Assembly: GCF_009834535.1 (NCBI RefSeq)
Contig: NC_045696.1
Location: 48,796,001-48,860,000 of the forward strand
DNA from: Camelus ferus
Taxonomy: Eukaryota
Reading direction: 5' to 3'
DNA: 64,000 nucleotides
The notes beneath the pieces are model-generated. The model had not been told where the DNA came from and did no database searches. It was given only the letters and a program-made list of their open reading frames with translations. Both the position numbers and the translations under genes were made by a program. The stretch's first letter is position 1; each line of letters begins with the position of its first letter. Positions 12,831 through 24,780 of the stretch are shown piece by piece.

Positions 12831-13764
12831 ATTAAACTTAATCATTGGTGCCTCACATTCCAGCTAGTTTGTCAAATGCCTTAGATGGATGGAAAGAAAA
12901 TTCAGTATTCAAAGGTCCATTAACAATTGTTTCTAAACCATCAATAAGGGGAAAGCCCAATATTTTGATTTGTTCATATAATTGACAGTAATGAATATTG
13001 GATTTGCTTAGACAAGGTGAAGAAATTCAGGATTTTCAAAGCAGTAGCCAAGTATGATTTGTTGATTTCATCCATAATCTTCTACATTAGAGTCTCTTTC
13101 CAAAGAAATTTATCTTTCTCCTAATGCCTTTATAAAAGAGTGGAGTGCATTTCACTGCTTCCCCTTTGGCAGATTTAATTTTATTTTGTAATTAACAATA
13201 ACTAGTTTGGGAATTATACCATGGTGTCTCTTGGTTTTGAATTTTCATTGAGTTTTTTTTTTTTTTTTTAATTACAAACTCCTCAGAGGAACTGCTGTAG
13301 TTTGTTGCCATGGATAATTGTCTCTAAATAAACTCGGAGTAGTTAAGTGGATATGAACAGATGGAAATAAATTGATGTAAGTTGACTATTAAGCCTCTTG
13401 GCTCCTGTTTATTTGTCACCAGCAGCATATCTTTTTGTCTTGTCATGCTTGGCATTTTATGCACTTGAACTTTAACAATGTCAGCTGGATTCCTCCTCAA
13501 AGCCTGCATAAAACTGAACTCCAGGACAGAACTGTCTGCCAACCTGGCCAGAGCCACAGTAGAGATCAGTGGCCTAGTCACAGTTCTCTAAGCCACACAG
13601 AAAGGAAGGTCACACATATTGGTACAGCTGCCTAACCACGTTCATGTTTACCTAACCTCAGTTGAAATTGCAGGCAGAATCTGTTAAGCATCACCACTTC
13701 TCTACCCTTACTTTATACACAGGGAAAATAAAGCCAGGGGAAAGGAAATGATTCAGCCTAATGA

Positions 13765-14400
13765 TTAGTCATTCATTAAACTAATTCCACAATTAGTTAT
13801 TACATACCAACTGTAGCCTAGCCACTGTTCGAGACACAAGGAATACCACAGTGACGAGGCCCAGTCTCTGCCCTGGAGGAGCTCATAACCCAGTAGGGGA
13901 AAGGGACAAGTCACCAGAAAATTAAAATGTGCTGTGATCAGCTTAGCTCAGCGTGGTATGGGAGCTCATAAGAAGGATACTTAATGCAGCTTTGGTTAGA
14001 GGAGAAGTGGTTTCTTAAAGAAGGGACACATTAGTTGCGACTTGAAAGATGAGTAAATGGTTAGTTGAGAAAATAACTCACTGCCAAACTTACTGCCCAC
14101 CCGATCAAGCCTAGCCCCTACATATTTCAGTTTAAACCAATAAATGCTTATGGGAATCTTGTATGGTTCTAACACTCTGCTAGAAATTTCTGGAGGATCT
14201 CAGAAAAATATACCAAGTTTCCTGCCCTTGTTGGAGAAATGGAATCAAAACACTTGAACCAATTAGAGTATAATACAGAAGAATGTTTGATCAAAATTAA
14301 GACATATGATATAAATATTGTTTGTGAGAGATCCTCAGAGTAGTTCAATAACCTTCAGTAAAAAAGTAGAACTAAGCTGAGCCTTGAAAGATGGGTGGGC
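13765..14400 (-). mobile_element. L2 3' fragments (two)
   Basis: tcattcatt start, gtctctgccctggaggagctcataacccagtagggg; second copy with ttcctgcccttg and gctgagccttgaaagatg. Confidence 0.7.
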
Positions 14401-14544
14401 AGTAAAGCTGAGAATTTGTGTCTTCTTTTTCTGATATCAATAATCTCATCTCAAGTTCTGGCTAGATTCTACCCCAACGTTATTTCTGAATACATTTTTT
14501 AGGCTGTTTCCTTTGGAAATTATCTTTCTTTCTCAAACCAATTT

Positions 14545-15522
14545 TTAGAGTTTGCATTGTCACCCCAAAAGATAGGCAGAATTCCTAACCCTTAGTGATT
14601 GTCAATGTGGTCTTATTTATAAATAGGGTCTATGCAGACATAATCAGGTTAAAATGAAGTCCTACTAGATTAGAGTGAGTCTTAATCCGATATGACTAGT
14701 ATCCTCATGAGAAGAGGAAAAAGGACACAGAGACACACAAAGAAAGAAAATGATGTGAACACACAAAGGGAGAATGTCACATGACAAGTGATGGCATACT
14801 TAAGATCATTTAAAAATCAAAATGGAGTAACTATGGCTCAAGCATCAGAAATGGAGCCAGGTAGCCATCGTGGTTGTAGTTTCAGATAGGTTCTTGCATC
14901 ATTGAGAACTTGAACTTTCTCTGAACTGTATCAAACTCGAAAACACCACCAGCTATTTTCAAAGCAGCAGCTGCTATCTGCAACTTTGCAGTTTCAAAGT
15001 CCCCCCACCCACCTTTCACAATTTGTAATCATTTCGAACCCCAACCAATCCTTGCTTAACAAGCACCTTTACCTCTTGCCAGCTCCAATCCTAATTCTTG
15101 ACAAACAATTTATATAATCTTGCTTTTCATTTGCCTTCATAAGCTTCCCCCATTTTGTAGTTTGACAGAACACAATTCAAGTGCTTCTTGAATCTGTGTC
15201 TCCTGGGCTGAAGTCCTAACAAACCCCAAATAAACACCTCTTTATTTCAATCCGGTCTCTGTTTCTGAAATTTTGGGTAACACAGCAGAGGCAGAGATCA
15301 GAATGATGTGTCTATAAGCCAAGGAATGCCAAGGATTGCTGGCAACTCAGAAGCTAAGAAAAAGGCATGGAACAGACTCAACCATAGAGCCTTCAGAAAG
15401 AACGTGGCCCTGTGATACCTTGATTTTGGATTTCTAGCCTCCAGAATTCTGAGGGAGTTTCTGTTGTTTTAAGTCACCAGTTTTGAGGTATTTGGTTATG
15501 GCAGCCCCAGCCCACAAATACA
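14545..15522 (+). mobile_element. MLT1 (MaLR, MLT1B/C-like) LTR split by an ERV1-type LTR
   Basis: cttatttataaatagggtctatgcagacataatc ... aagccaaggaatgccaaggattgctggcaac ... ggttatggcagccccagcccacaaataca. Confidence 0.9.
14789..15282 (+). mobile_element. Solo ERV LTR (ERV1-like) nested in MLT1
   Basis: TG...CA ends, aaaatggagt motif, TATA-like tttatataa near 15109, AATAAA near 15229; MLT1 sequence resumes after it. Confidence 0.7.
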
Positions 15523-16309
15523 ACAACTAAACATCTGGTCCATGAGAGGAATTTGGCATTTATGAATAACCTACATGAACAATATCTTTAAGATCTCTTG
15601 AAATACCAAATGATGTAAAAGACAAAGAATTCAGCTGCAGGATGCAGTTGGGGATTACTCAGAGTGGTGATTGCATATGGCGAGCTTCCCGACGCAGAGA
15701 TGGGGCCGCCCGCAGCCCCAGGCTCCAAGAGCAAGACATAAGGAGCCAAAGAACAGCAGCCATCACAGCTGGGGCTGGGTTCTCTGTAGCTCCGACCCTT
15801 CTCTCCCAGGAATATCATTTTAGAATAAAAGATCATAATATTTAAGATGTTAATATTTGGATAAATTGGAACCAAAACTGAAATAGTATTTCATGCAGTT
15901 TTGATTAGCTGATCAGTTTTACAACATCACACAGTTATTTTATAGTGTATTTTGAAAATGAAAACAAAGAGCTGGGGTGGACGAGTGATATTTAATGTAT
16001 AATATTTGTAAGCTTTATAAGTAAAATGTTATTGTACGTATATGAAGATCTTCTGAAATTTACTAGAATGGCTGTAGGACTTCAAATGGCTAAGTGAGCA
16101 AAGTAAGAGGAAAGAGACTATCATCAATACCGGCAATGTTGATAAATATGCAGGACGGTGTTCACATTTGTGAGCTCATGAAATTAAAAGCAAACTTTAA
16201 AATAACTTAAAAATACTACCAAATTGTTATACATATGTATGTAAATGACATCAAATATTAGGAAGGACACAGTTATATTGATGGTGGCATTTTAAACATC
16301 CTGCCAGCT

Positions 16310-16975
16310 CTCTACCTTGAAAATGTAGAATGTGATCACTTTCCATAATGTCCCACCATTGACTGGTACCACCATGGTCCAAGGCACCTCCTATTGGACC
16401 TCCCTGCCTTTACTATAACCCCATAAGAGTTAATACAGTAGCAAGAGTAATTCTGTTAACATGTCAATGCATGTCATTTCTCTGCTTAAAATTCTCAATA
16501 GCTCCCTATTCTCAAAAGGCAGAGCCCTTACAGAGTTCAAGACCATGTAAGATCTAGACTGCATTATTTATCTGACTTCCTCTTTCACCATTCCAGTCAC
16601 AGGAACTCCTTGCTCTTCCTAGGACCAGAACCATGCTGGATATATTCCTGCCCCAGGCCAGATATGACATATTCCTCACTTCTTTAAGTCTTTACTTATA
16701 TGTTACCCTCTCAACAGGTCTCCCAGACCATTCTATTAAATATCATCCTCCGCCCTCTGCATTCCCCAGTCCCTTCCCTGCCTTATTTTTCTCCACTGCA
16801 CTTACCACCTTCAAGTATGCTACGTAACTTGCTCATTTGATTTATTTCCTATGCTCTTTCCCAGTGGATATAAGGCCCATGAGGGCAGGAATTTTCACTT
16901 ATTGACTCTTATACTTTATTGCCTAGAAATAGTGCCTGGGATACAGTAGGCACTCAATAAATATTTATTCAATGA
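16310..16975 (+). mobile_element. L2a 3' portion
   Basis: catgtcatttctctgcttaaaattctcaatagctcc ... ccatgagggcaggaattt ... cagtaggcactcaataaatatttattcaatga. Confidence 0.9.
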
Positions 16976-17412
16976 TGTGATAAGTTGTTTATCTTAGCAC
17001 TATTTTAAATAGCAAAATACTGGAAACAACCTATATGTTTAACTAAGGAATGGCTAAGTGAATAAGGCTATTTTTCAACAGAATATTACATGCCTGTTAA
17101 ATTACTAATTATATTAAGTACATCCTCTCTATAAATGTTTATAATGAAATAACTTTAAAAGTAGAACTCAATCAGGGCAGCTACATAAAATTATCTATGA
17201 ACATGGAAGAAGGAGACATTTTAAAATGCTTTGTTATATGATGGGGTTATGGTACATTTGGGGTTTTTAAATAATAATGTTTAATGCTTATTACCATAAA
17301 AATTTTTAAAGTAAAATTGAGCTATATTGGAATACTAAAAACAGAACCAGAGTTATATTTTGAGCTAGTTGGATTTATTGTCACTTAGTGGAATTAAAAA
17401 AACAAACAAATG

Positions 17413-18021
17413 CTTACCATATGACGCAGGAATCCCACTCCTGGGCATATATCCAGAAGGAACCCTACTTCAAAATGACACCTGCACCCCAGTGTTCATA
17501 GCAGCACTATTTACAATAGCCAAGACATGGAAACAGCCTAAATGTCCATCAACAGATGACTGGATAAAGAAGATTGGTATAGTTATACAATGGAATACTA
17601 TTCAGCCATGAAAAACAACAACATAATGCCATTTGCAGCAACACGGATGTTACTGGAGAATGTCCTTCTAAGTGAAGTAAGCCAGAAAGAGAAAGAAAAA
17701 TACCATATGAGATCACTCATATGCAGAATCTAAAAAAAACATAAATACAAAACAGAAACAGACTCATAGACATAGAAAACAAACTTGTGGTTGCCAAGGG
17801 GGTGGGAAGGGACAGACTGCGATTTTAAATGTAGAATAGATAAACAAGATTGTACAGTGTAGCACAGGGAAATATATACAGGATCTTATGGTGGCTCACA
17901 GCGAAAGAGAATGTGACAATGAATGTATGTGTGTTCATGTATAACTGAAAAATTGTGCTCTACACTGGAATTTGACACAACATTGTAAAATGACTATAAC
18001 TCAATAAAAAAAAAAGTTAAA
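17413..18021 (+). mobile_element. Young 5'-truncated L1 (camelid-type 3' end) with poly-A and 17-bp TSD
   Basis: ORF2 C-terminus PYDAGIPLLGIYP...CTPVFIAALFTIAKTWKQPKCPSTDDWIKK; AATAAA plus A tail; TSD aaaaaaacaaacaaatg at 17396-17412 and 18022-18038 after a TT/AAAA site. Confidence 0.97.
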
Positions 18022-19529
18022 AAAAAAACAAACAAATGAGCAAAAACCCCAACTTTATTCTGATGACTAAAACTAACAGCTTCATTCTTTCAGAGCAGAA
18101 AATTTTATTGATTTGGTCAAGATACTCTGATGAAATAAAACTGCTCTATCCTGCAATGCTTAGTTAAGCTATTACAAAGTTCAACTTAACTCTGAAAATT
18201 GTGAACATAAAGTTTCCCTGTTGATACAAAAGTAGAGAGGTGTCATTATGTTGACCATATGTTCCTTGAATTTCAAATGGCTTAGAGAAATTTAGGATTT
18301 TCAAATACCTCAATGTAGAATCATATGTAATGAGGCCCGACTATCCACAGAGGAGCCCAGGGCTTTAGAAGAAACACTGTGAATGAGAAAAAATTTCCCT
18401 CTGGTGGAGAAAGGCTGATACATTTCCAGAAAATTTCTGTCTAACACTTAGGTGAAGTTATTTTCTTTCTTTGCTGTAATTACCAACACAACCGCAACCT
18501 TTTCTAAAAGCCTATGACACTTGACAGTCTTGTATTAATGGTGCTCTGCAGAATCTCGTGCATTCTTAGAGCAACACAGAGTGGAGAGCAGAAAACAGTC
18601 ACAGGATGTAGGAAGCAAATTGGAGCTGGTGCTGGGTGCACCACTGCACACCTGAGGATGGTGACCCTTAGAAGGGGAAGAGCTGGGGGACACTGGATGC
18701 TTCTCCTTCGTAGGTGGTGACCATGCAGGTGGGGAACACTTAGGTCATACATAGTTCCCTTCCTGTCCTCAAGGTTGTATCATATGCTTTATGAAAATTA
18801 GTGTAACAGCACACATGGCAGTTAATTTTTATACACCACAAAATAAGTAAAGGTAAATATGTAAATAACATAAATAAATGAGCAAAAGAGTGAGTGAGAA
18901 TGAAGGAAAGGAAAGAGAAGAGAAGGGAGTGAAAAGAAAGGAAAAGAAGAAATACCATCGTTGAGTGTGAAAATTAGGAAAAGCAAAAGCAAGTGACTAC
19001 GGAATATTGAAATAGAATAGGTAACAACGAATCAGGAAAGAGAAGGAATTAAACTAAGATAGGCATCTGGAAAAGGAAGCAAAAGGGGGCAAAAGGAAAA
19101 AAAAATTGTTGGAAAAATGCCTAGTTCCCTAACAGCATGTCTAAACTTCCTCAGAATTCTGTAGGAGTCGCACATGCAGAGGAAGCATGACTTTGTCCTG
19201 GAGAAGACTGGAGAGACGACAATGGGAGGATAAATATAAAACATCGGCTTTAAGGTACCTAGTGATATTCCTTCTTTCATCACTTTGTATAATTGGAATC
19301 AATCATGCTGAAATCTTTCACTAATATTATGTTTATACTTAGCTTGCAACAAAACACTACATATTCCAAAAAGCACATTACATCCTGAGACAGCTATCAA
19401 AGAATTCATCAACCCTTTTATGAAGTGCATTAGTATCATTTCATTGAAAAGCTGATTAATATTTAAAATGACTAATTTTAAAGATGTTATAACTCTGATG
19501 GAGGTTAAAAGTCTTGTCCTAAGAAAAAA

Positions 19530-19660
19530 GTCCTAGGGACTGGTTGCACAACACTGTGCATGCACTTAACAGTACTGAACTATATACTTTAAAATGTTTA
19601 AGATGGTAAATTCAATGTTCTGTATATTTTAACACAATTTTTAAAAATTTAAAAAATAAA
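19530..19660 (+). mobile_element. Short L1MA/MB 3' terminal fragment
   Basis: ggttgcacaacactgtg...actgaactatatactttaaaatgttaagatggtaaatt; similar flanks aaaagtcttgtc / aaaaggcttgtc suggest a decayed TSD. Confidence 0.85.
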
Positions 19661-21038
19661 AGGCTTGTCTTTAATCATAGAGAAAGACCACAGTGGTTTG
19701 GGTAGCAGCATCGTTAGACTATGATAAATCTGATATAAATTGAAATTGCAAAATCTAAACACCTATCCCAAAGCAATCTTTCTACATTTGTAAATACCTT
19801 AAAATTAGGCCATGTGGAGAATCATGAATGTAATAAGATAGTTGCCTAGGAGGTCAAATTCTGTAAAATAAAACAGAGCTTGCATTTCGATGCCATTAAC
19901 TTCTAGCAGCTTGATTAATATATGTCCACAAAATTCTAACTCTTAAAATTTCTTGATTTTTGTTATTTGTCTCTGAGAACCAAATACTAGAAATTTTTTG
20001 CAAGCATATTTTATATTCTACAATCTAACCATCTTCAATTCCTTTTATTCCCTCTTTGCTAACCTATACATATTCCTTACTTTTCTAATTGAGGGCTCAG
20101 GCAAGTGCCTATAGATCTTTGCTTTTCCCCCACCTTCTCCATTAATAGCTGGGTTTCAGTTTAACTTCTCTCTTGTTTAAGAGAGCGTCACCATTCAAAT
20201 ATCTGCTTTGGCAAAATGCCTCAGAAGCTTGCCTGTGGAGAAAAAAATTACATGCTGAAATTAGAGCAAATCAGTGTATTATGTGTGATGAAAAAATATG
20301 AAAATTCTCTTTAATAGAGACCCTTTAGGATAATTGAAGTCTCAGTGCTACCCGTACATAAGGACGTGAAAAAGATCAGCACCAGTGAAGCAGAATTTCA
20401 CATCACAATGGTTTGATGTGACAGATATAGACAGAAAACAGCAAAATGTCAACGTTGCCCCTCTCCCTTCCAAGAAGCCTTGCCCTAAATAGGCCAAGGA
20501 ATACAAATAGGTGTGCCTACCCTGGGTGAGAGGGACAACTAATAGCTCCACTACTAGGTAGGTTTTAAGGGGCAGACACTTGTACTTGATTTTTATGTGA
20601 CGGAAACACTTAAATTATAAGTACTTATGCTCACCCGTTCAGACATCCCATTACAGCCTTTCAATGGACAGAGGCCCATGGAATATATCATTTATGTTTA
20701 GTTGAGGAAGGTGAATGCAAGTGAGAGAAGCACAATCCAGCTTGGCCCACTTTACTACAGACGCTGCCAATCTGAATGTCCAAGAAGGGGCTGAGTGGAG
20801 ACTATACATTGTTTTGAAGCACAGAGTGAAAAGTGCCCTAAGGGAAGAAAGCATAAGGTCACCAGATCTTCTGGTTTGCCAAGGGAAGCCAAAATAACAC
20901 GAAATATTCTGACTTTCAAAGGTTGGCAACTGACTCAAATTTTTCAACACTCTGTAAAGGCCAAACTCCAAATACCCAAGGGCTGTATTCAGACTGCAGG
21001 TCATCCAGTGGTGACCTCAGCTTTACATACCAAAGACT

Positions 21039-21057
21039 GCAGCCAGAGGGGGCGCTG
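21039..21057 (+). promoter_or_regulatory. Candidate CTCF-binding motif
   Basis: gcagccagagggggcgctg matches the AGGGGGCGCT core; the 5' half is imperfect. Confidence 0.4.
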
Positions 21058-21899
21058 GGAGGGAGAGATAAGAAAGACAGAGCTTTAGGTAGTTCTGAGG
21101 ATTGGAAATTTGGAGAGAAACAGATCCTTTAGGGGAAATTTTAGAGATGTTTTTAATATGATGAGTGGTATAACTGAATTTGTAAACCAAAACACTTTCA
21201 GTTCTTTTAAAGTGGGATTTGTATCTTTTTCTTTTGGATGTGGTTACATGCTAATACAGGCTTTAAAGGAAGAGGAAAACAGCCTGGCTATATATGCTTA
21301 CATTTGTAAGTGATAAATATTGTACAGCCAAGTTATTATAAAAAGATCATACTGGTTTCATGTCAGAGTTTATGATAAAACCATAGCTCTCAGGGATTTA
21401 GTAAGGTCTTCAAAGTCATTCAAATACAGCATAACAGTGTAATGCATCGCCAAGTTATTACCATTTCCAGCCAACAGATGAACCCAAGACAGAGGATAAG
21501 TGCTAAAAGATGGACTGAAATGATTCCAAGACACCTGCCTGTTTTCTGATCTCCATCAGACACACATGCACACATGCACATACACATTTGCTTAGCTGGG
21601 TAATAGGTACTCTATATTTGCAATATATCACCGAAAAGGATTTGTAAAAGATTTTTTTCATTGAGCCTTCTTTGATACAAGGGCAAATCTCCATTCTATC
21701 TGACCCACTAGAATAAATTTTAAAATCAGTCCTTAAATAGAGTGTCATCATGCAGACCACATTTAACACTGTTAGCTATTTTACTCATTAAATGCAGATT
21801 TTAAATTTAGTTCTAGCAGTCTCCACAACACTATAAATATTAGACTTGTAAAATCTGCACTCCACATTATGTTAAATAAAAGAATGTTGTTTTCTTTAA

Positions 21900-22090
21900 A
21901 GAAAACAGGCTTTGACTTTAGCAAGACCAAGTATACATGGTGACTCTACCATTTAATGTGTGGTAAATTGGGTACCTTATTTAATTTACCTGAGAATGAG
22001 AATCCAACTTTCTAAAATGAAGCTATTACTCCCTACCTGATATGACTGTGAAAAATATTTAAATGAGATTTGTAAAGCATCTAACCCTGT
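21900..22090 (+). mobile_element. MIR SINE
   Basis: ggctttgactttagcaagacc...ctctaccattt...taaaatgaagctattactccctacct. Confidence 0.7.
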
Positions 22091-22279
22091 GGAAGCCACA
22101 AAGTTTATTTTGCCATTTCCTCTTAAAAATGAAGCTATTGCTTAAATCCAGCTAGAGAGATTTTTAGAATCATCCTTGGTTAGTTGTGAGGGGGCCAAAT
22201 TTTCCCTTGAATGAAGCAACTGCCAATTCACGAAGAGGTGGCTGAAAGTCTAAGAAACTAATCAAAACCAACGGGACCA

Positions 22280-22720
22280 AGAGGACAATAATAAATATGA
22301 AAGAGTGAACTCCAGGGCCTGCCAGAGTCAAGATCTCTCAAAATGGCAAGTTTCAGGTTGGAACCATGAAGGAATGCACAGTGGGAGTAAGACTTAACCA
22401 GAAGTAAGTCAGCCCTTGCTGTAACCACAGCCTGACATGAGTTAACTCAATCTCTCAAAATAGATAAAGGAAATTCTAGCTTTCTATTGTTCCAGATTGC
22501 CAGAAAACAAAACAAAACAAAACAAAAAAAAAAACAAAAAAAAACCACATGTATCCTCTCCGAGGGAGATATTATCATTCTAGGTTACAAATTATTTCTG
22601 CAATTTTTCACATACATTATCCAGCATTCAATCAAAAGTGATAACGCCTAGGAAGGATCAAAACAATACGAAAGAAATAAAAAAGCAGACAAGAGCAGCA
22701 GATCTACAAAGGCTTGAGAG
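22280..22720 (+). mobile_element. Old L1M 5'/pre-ORF1 fragment
   Basis: tatcctctccgagggagatatt...atccagcattcaatcaaaa...agacaagagcagcagatctaca resemble old L1 5' regions. Confidence 0.5.
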
Positions 22721-22744
22721 ACAAAGCTGAGTTACGTGGAAACA

Positions 22745-23480
22745 GTCTGACTCTTTCAGATCTTGCTTTTAATTTTAAGCACAGCTGCTTCATGGGCATG
22801 TGACCTAGTCAGCCACAGCGGGCCGAGCTTAGCGAGGTCCTAGGTTCGGCTTAGTGCTCCCCTCCTGACAGTTTGAAAGTCCCAATGATTTTGAACAAGG
22901 ACCCTGGCATTTCCATTTTGCAGTGGGCCCCACAAATTATGTGCTTGGTCTTGCTTTTAAGATTTGTACGGTAGGACCAGAGCAATATACGCCAACCCAG
23001 TGCCCTGTGAATCATCAGATTTTCCAGTCAAACTAAAGGGGATCAGGCACTATTTCCAGCATTGTCTGAGTTTCAGGTGTCTGTTCCTCTAGTATTCCCA
23101 GGTGGTTCTTTCCCCCGCCTCAGGTCGTTTCCTTACGTGCATGTGCTGATTAGTATTCTCCTGAGCACTCAAAGGGAATCTTCAGGATCCCAGAATTCTG
23201 TCTCTGCACAGCTGTCTCATCTCTTGTACCCAGCCTTACAAACTCAAGGAGTCGACTTGGAATCCCCCTAATGCCCCATGACCTGGAAACTCTCAAGGCA
23301 GTAATCTGGGGTAATCATAGGGCTACTTCATTTATTTCCCATCTCATGGGGATCACTGTCCCTCATTGCCTGATGACCAATGTCTCGAAAACGGTTATAT
23401 ATCTTGTCCAGTTTTGTTGTTATTTCAGATGGAATGATTTATCCCATCCTGTTGTTTCACCTTGGTTGGAAGTAGTAGTC
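22745..23480 (-). mobile_element. Old L1M 5' region (antisense), split by MER45
   Basis: ggtggttctttcccccgcctcagg, ggggatcactgtccctcattgcctgatgaccaatgtct, ttggttggaagtagtagtc. Confidence 0.7.
22780..22953 (+). mobile_element. MER45A-like hAT-Tip100 MITE
   Basis: gcttcatgggcatgtgacct...ttttgaacaagg...cattttgcagtgggccccacaaattatgt; 8-bp TSD attttaag (22772-22779) / cttttaag (22954-22961). Confidence 0.85.
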
Positions 23481-23494
23481 AATAGCATTTTGGA

Positions 23495-23720
23495 GGAATA
23501 ACCCCAAAATCTAAACATCTCTAATGTTCATCGGTATAAAATGCATAAGTAAATTGTGGTATGTTCATAAAATGAAATATAATTACAGAAATAAAAATAA
23601 ATGAAATACAACCATATTCAGCAACAAAGATGAATCTCACAAACAACTGAACAAAAGAAATCAGACATAAAATAATGTATGGCATATGACTCCAAAAACA
23701 GGCAAAACTCCAAAACAGGC
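23495..23720 (+). mobile_element. L1ME-like 3' fragment
   Basis: aaattgtggtatgttcataaaatgaaata...gatgaatctcacaaacaa. Confidence 0.75.
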
Positions 23721-24464
23721 CGGGAATACGCAAGCTGAAAGATGACTTACTGAAGCAGTGTGGTTGTTGACATTGTTATACATTGTTGTAAGGTATGTTA
23801 TGTGTCAAAAAATCTTTCTGCTAAAACAAGACACATTTCATAAATTGTTTCCTTGTTTACGGAGATTTTTAACTGTATGTATTGGTAATCATTTCCATTA
23901 AAATATTTAGTCAATGACTAATACTTTATTTCTGGATTATTGATAGGTGGCTTGACACTCCCTTTGAAGTTCGCAGGTACTACTGAGAATGCAATTCTGT
24001 AGCCAGTTCAGCTCAAATGCCCAGATTCATCTACATCTGCAGCTTTCCAGGCAGGGCTGGGAGCTAATAGAAAACATCAGTTCTGGCTTTGTTTTGTTAT
24101 CAAATCATATGTGATAACGTCACGACCAGTTAAGTTTCGTTTTCAGTTATGTGTTTGTACTGACTTGACAGAGAACCTAAAAAGTGAAATGGATATGAAC
24201 AAGATATGTTCTAAATTCTCACCCTTCAGGAGTTTTGATATTATCAATTTGTCTGTCTTGTGTTTAAAAAAAAAAGCATACAAAAATAAGTCTCTTCTTT
24301 CACTGCCACTCCCCTTGAGGTAAAGAAGAGCAGGACAAATCCTACACTAGTAAATTAATGACAACACTAAGCCAAGTTATTCTGAACTTGATAAAATATT
24401 TGGATTTGTATCATTTTGGATTTTTTAAAACAGATCATTGTAATCCAGACAGCAAGTCAGTTTG

Positions 24465-24780
24465 AGGTGATAGAGAAAGGAGAGTATTTGAAGGCAGAAG
24501 CTCAGAACTGGACTCTTCACCCACCCACTTACTAGCTGTGCCACCTTAATTAAGTCACCAAACATATTTCATTTGATTATCATTTTTCCCATCTATTAAA
24601 TGATGAAAATATTGACAAGTGTCTCACTGGGCAATTATGGACATAAACAGAAAGGAGGAAAAGATATTCTATGTCTTTAAAATGTATGAATACCACTCTA
24701 CAACAAGCCCCTCGTTTGACAGAGGTGTAAGCTGAGGCTCAGAGAAGTTAGGCAAACTGACCAAGGTCATGACCGATTAA
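24465..24780. mobile_element. Two MIR fragments (+ then -)
   Basis: ccacttactagctgtgccacctt...ccccatctattaaatg (+); gctgaggctcagagaagttagg...ccaaggtca (-). Confidence 0.75.

Noticed and set aside
20330..21132. Overlapping short ORFs and a minus-strand donor-like site near 20630
   Set aside because: No recognisable peptide and no convincing paired splice sites
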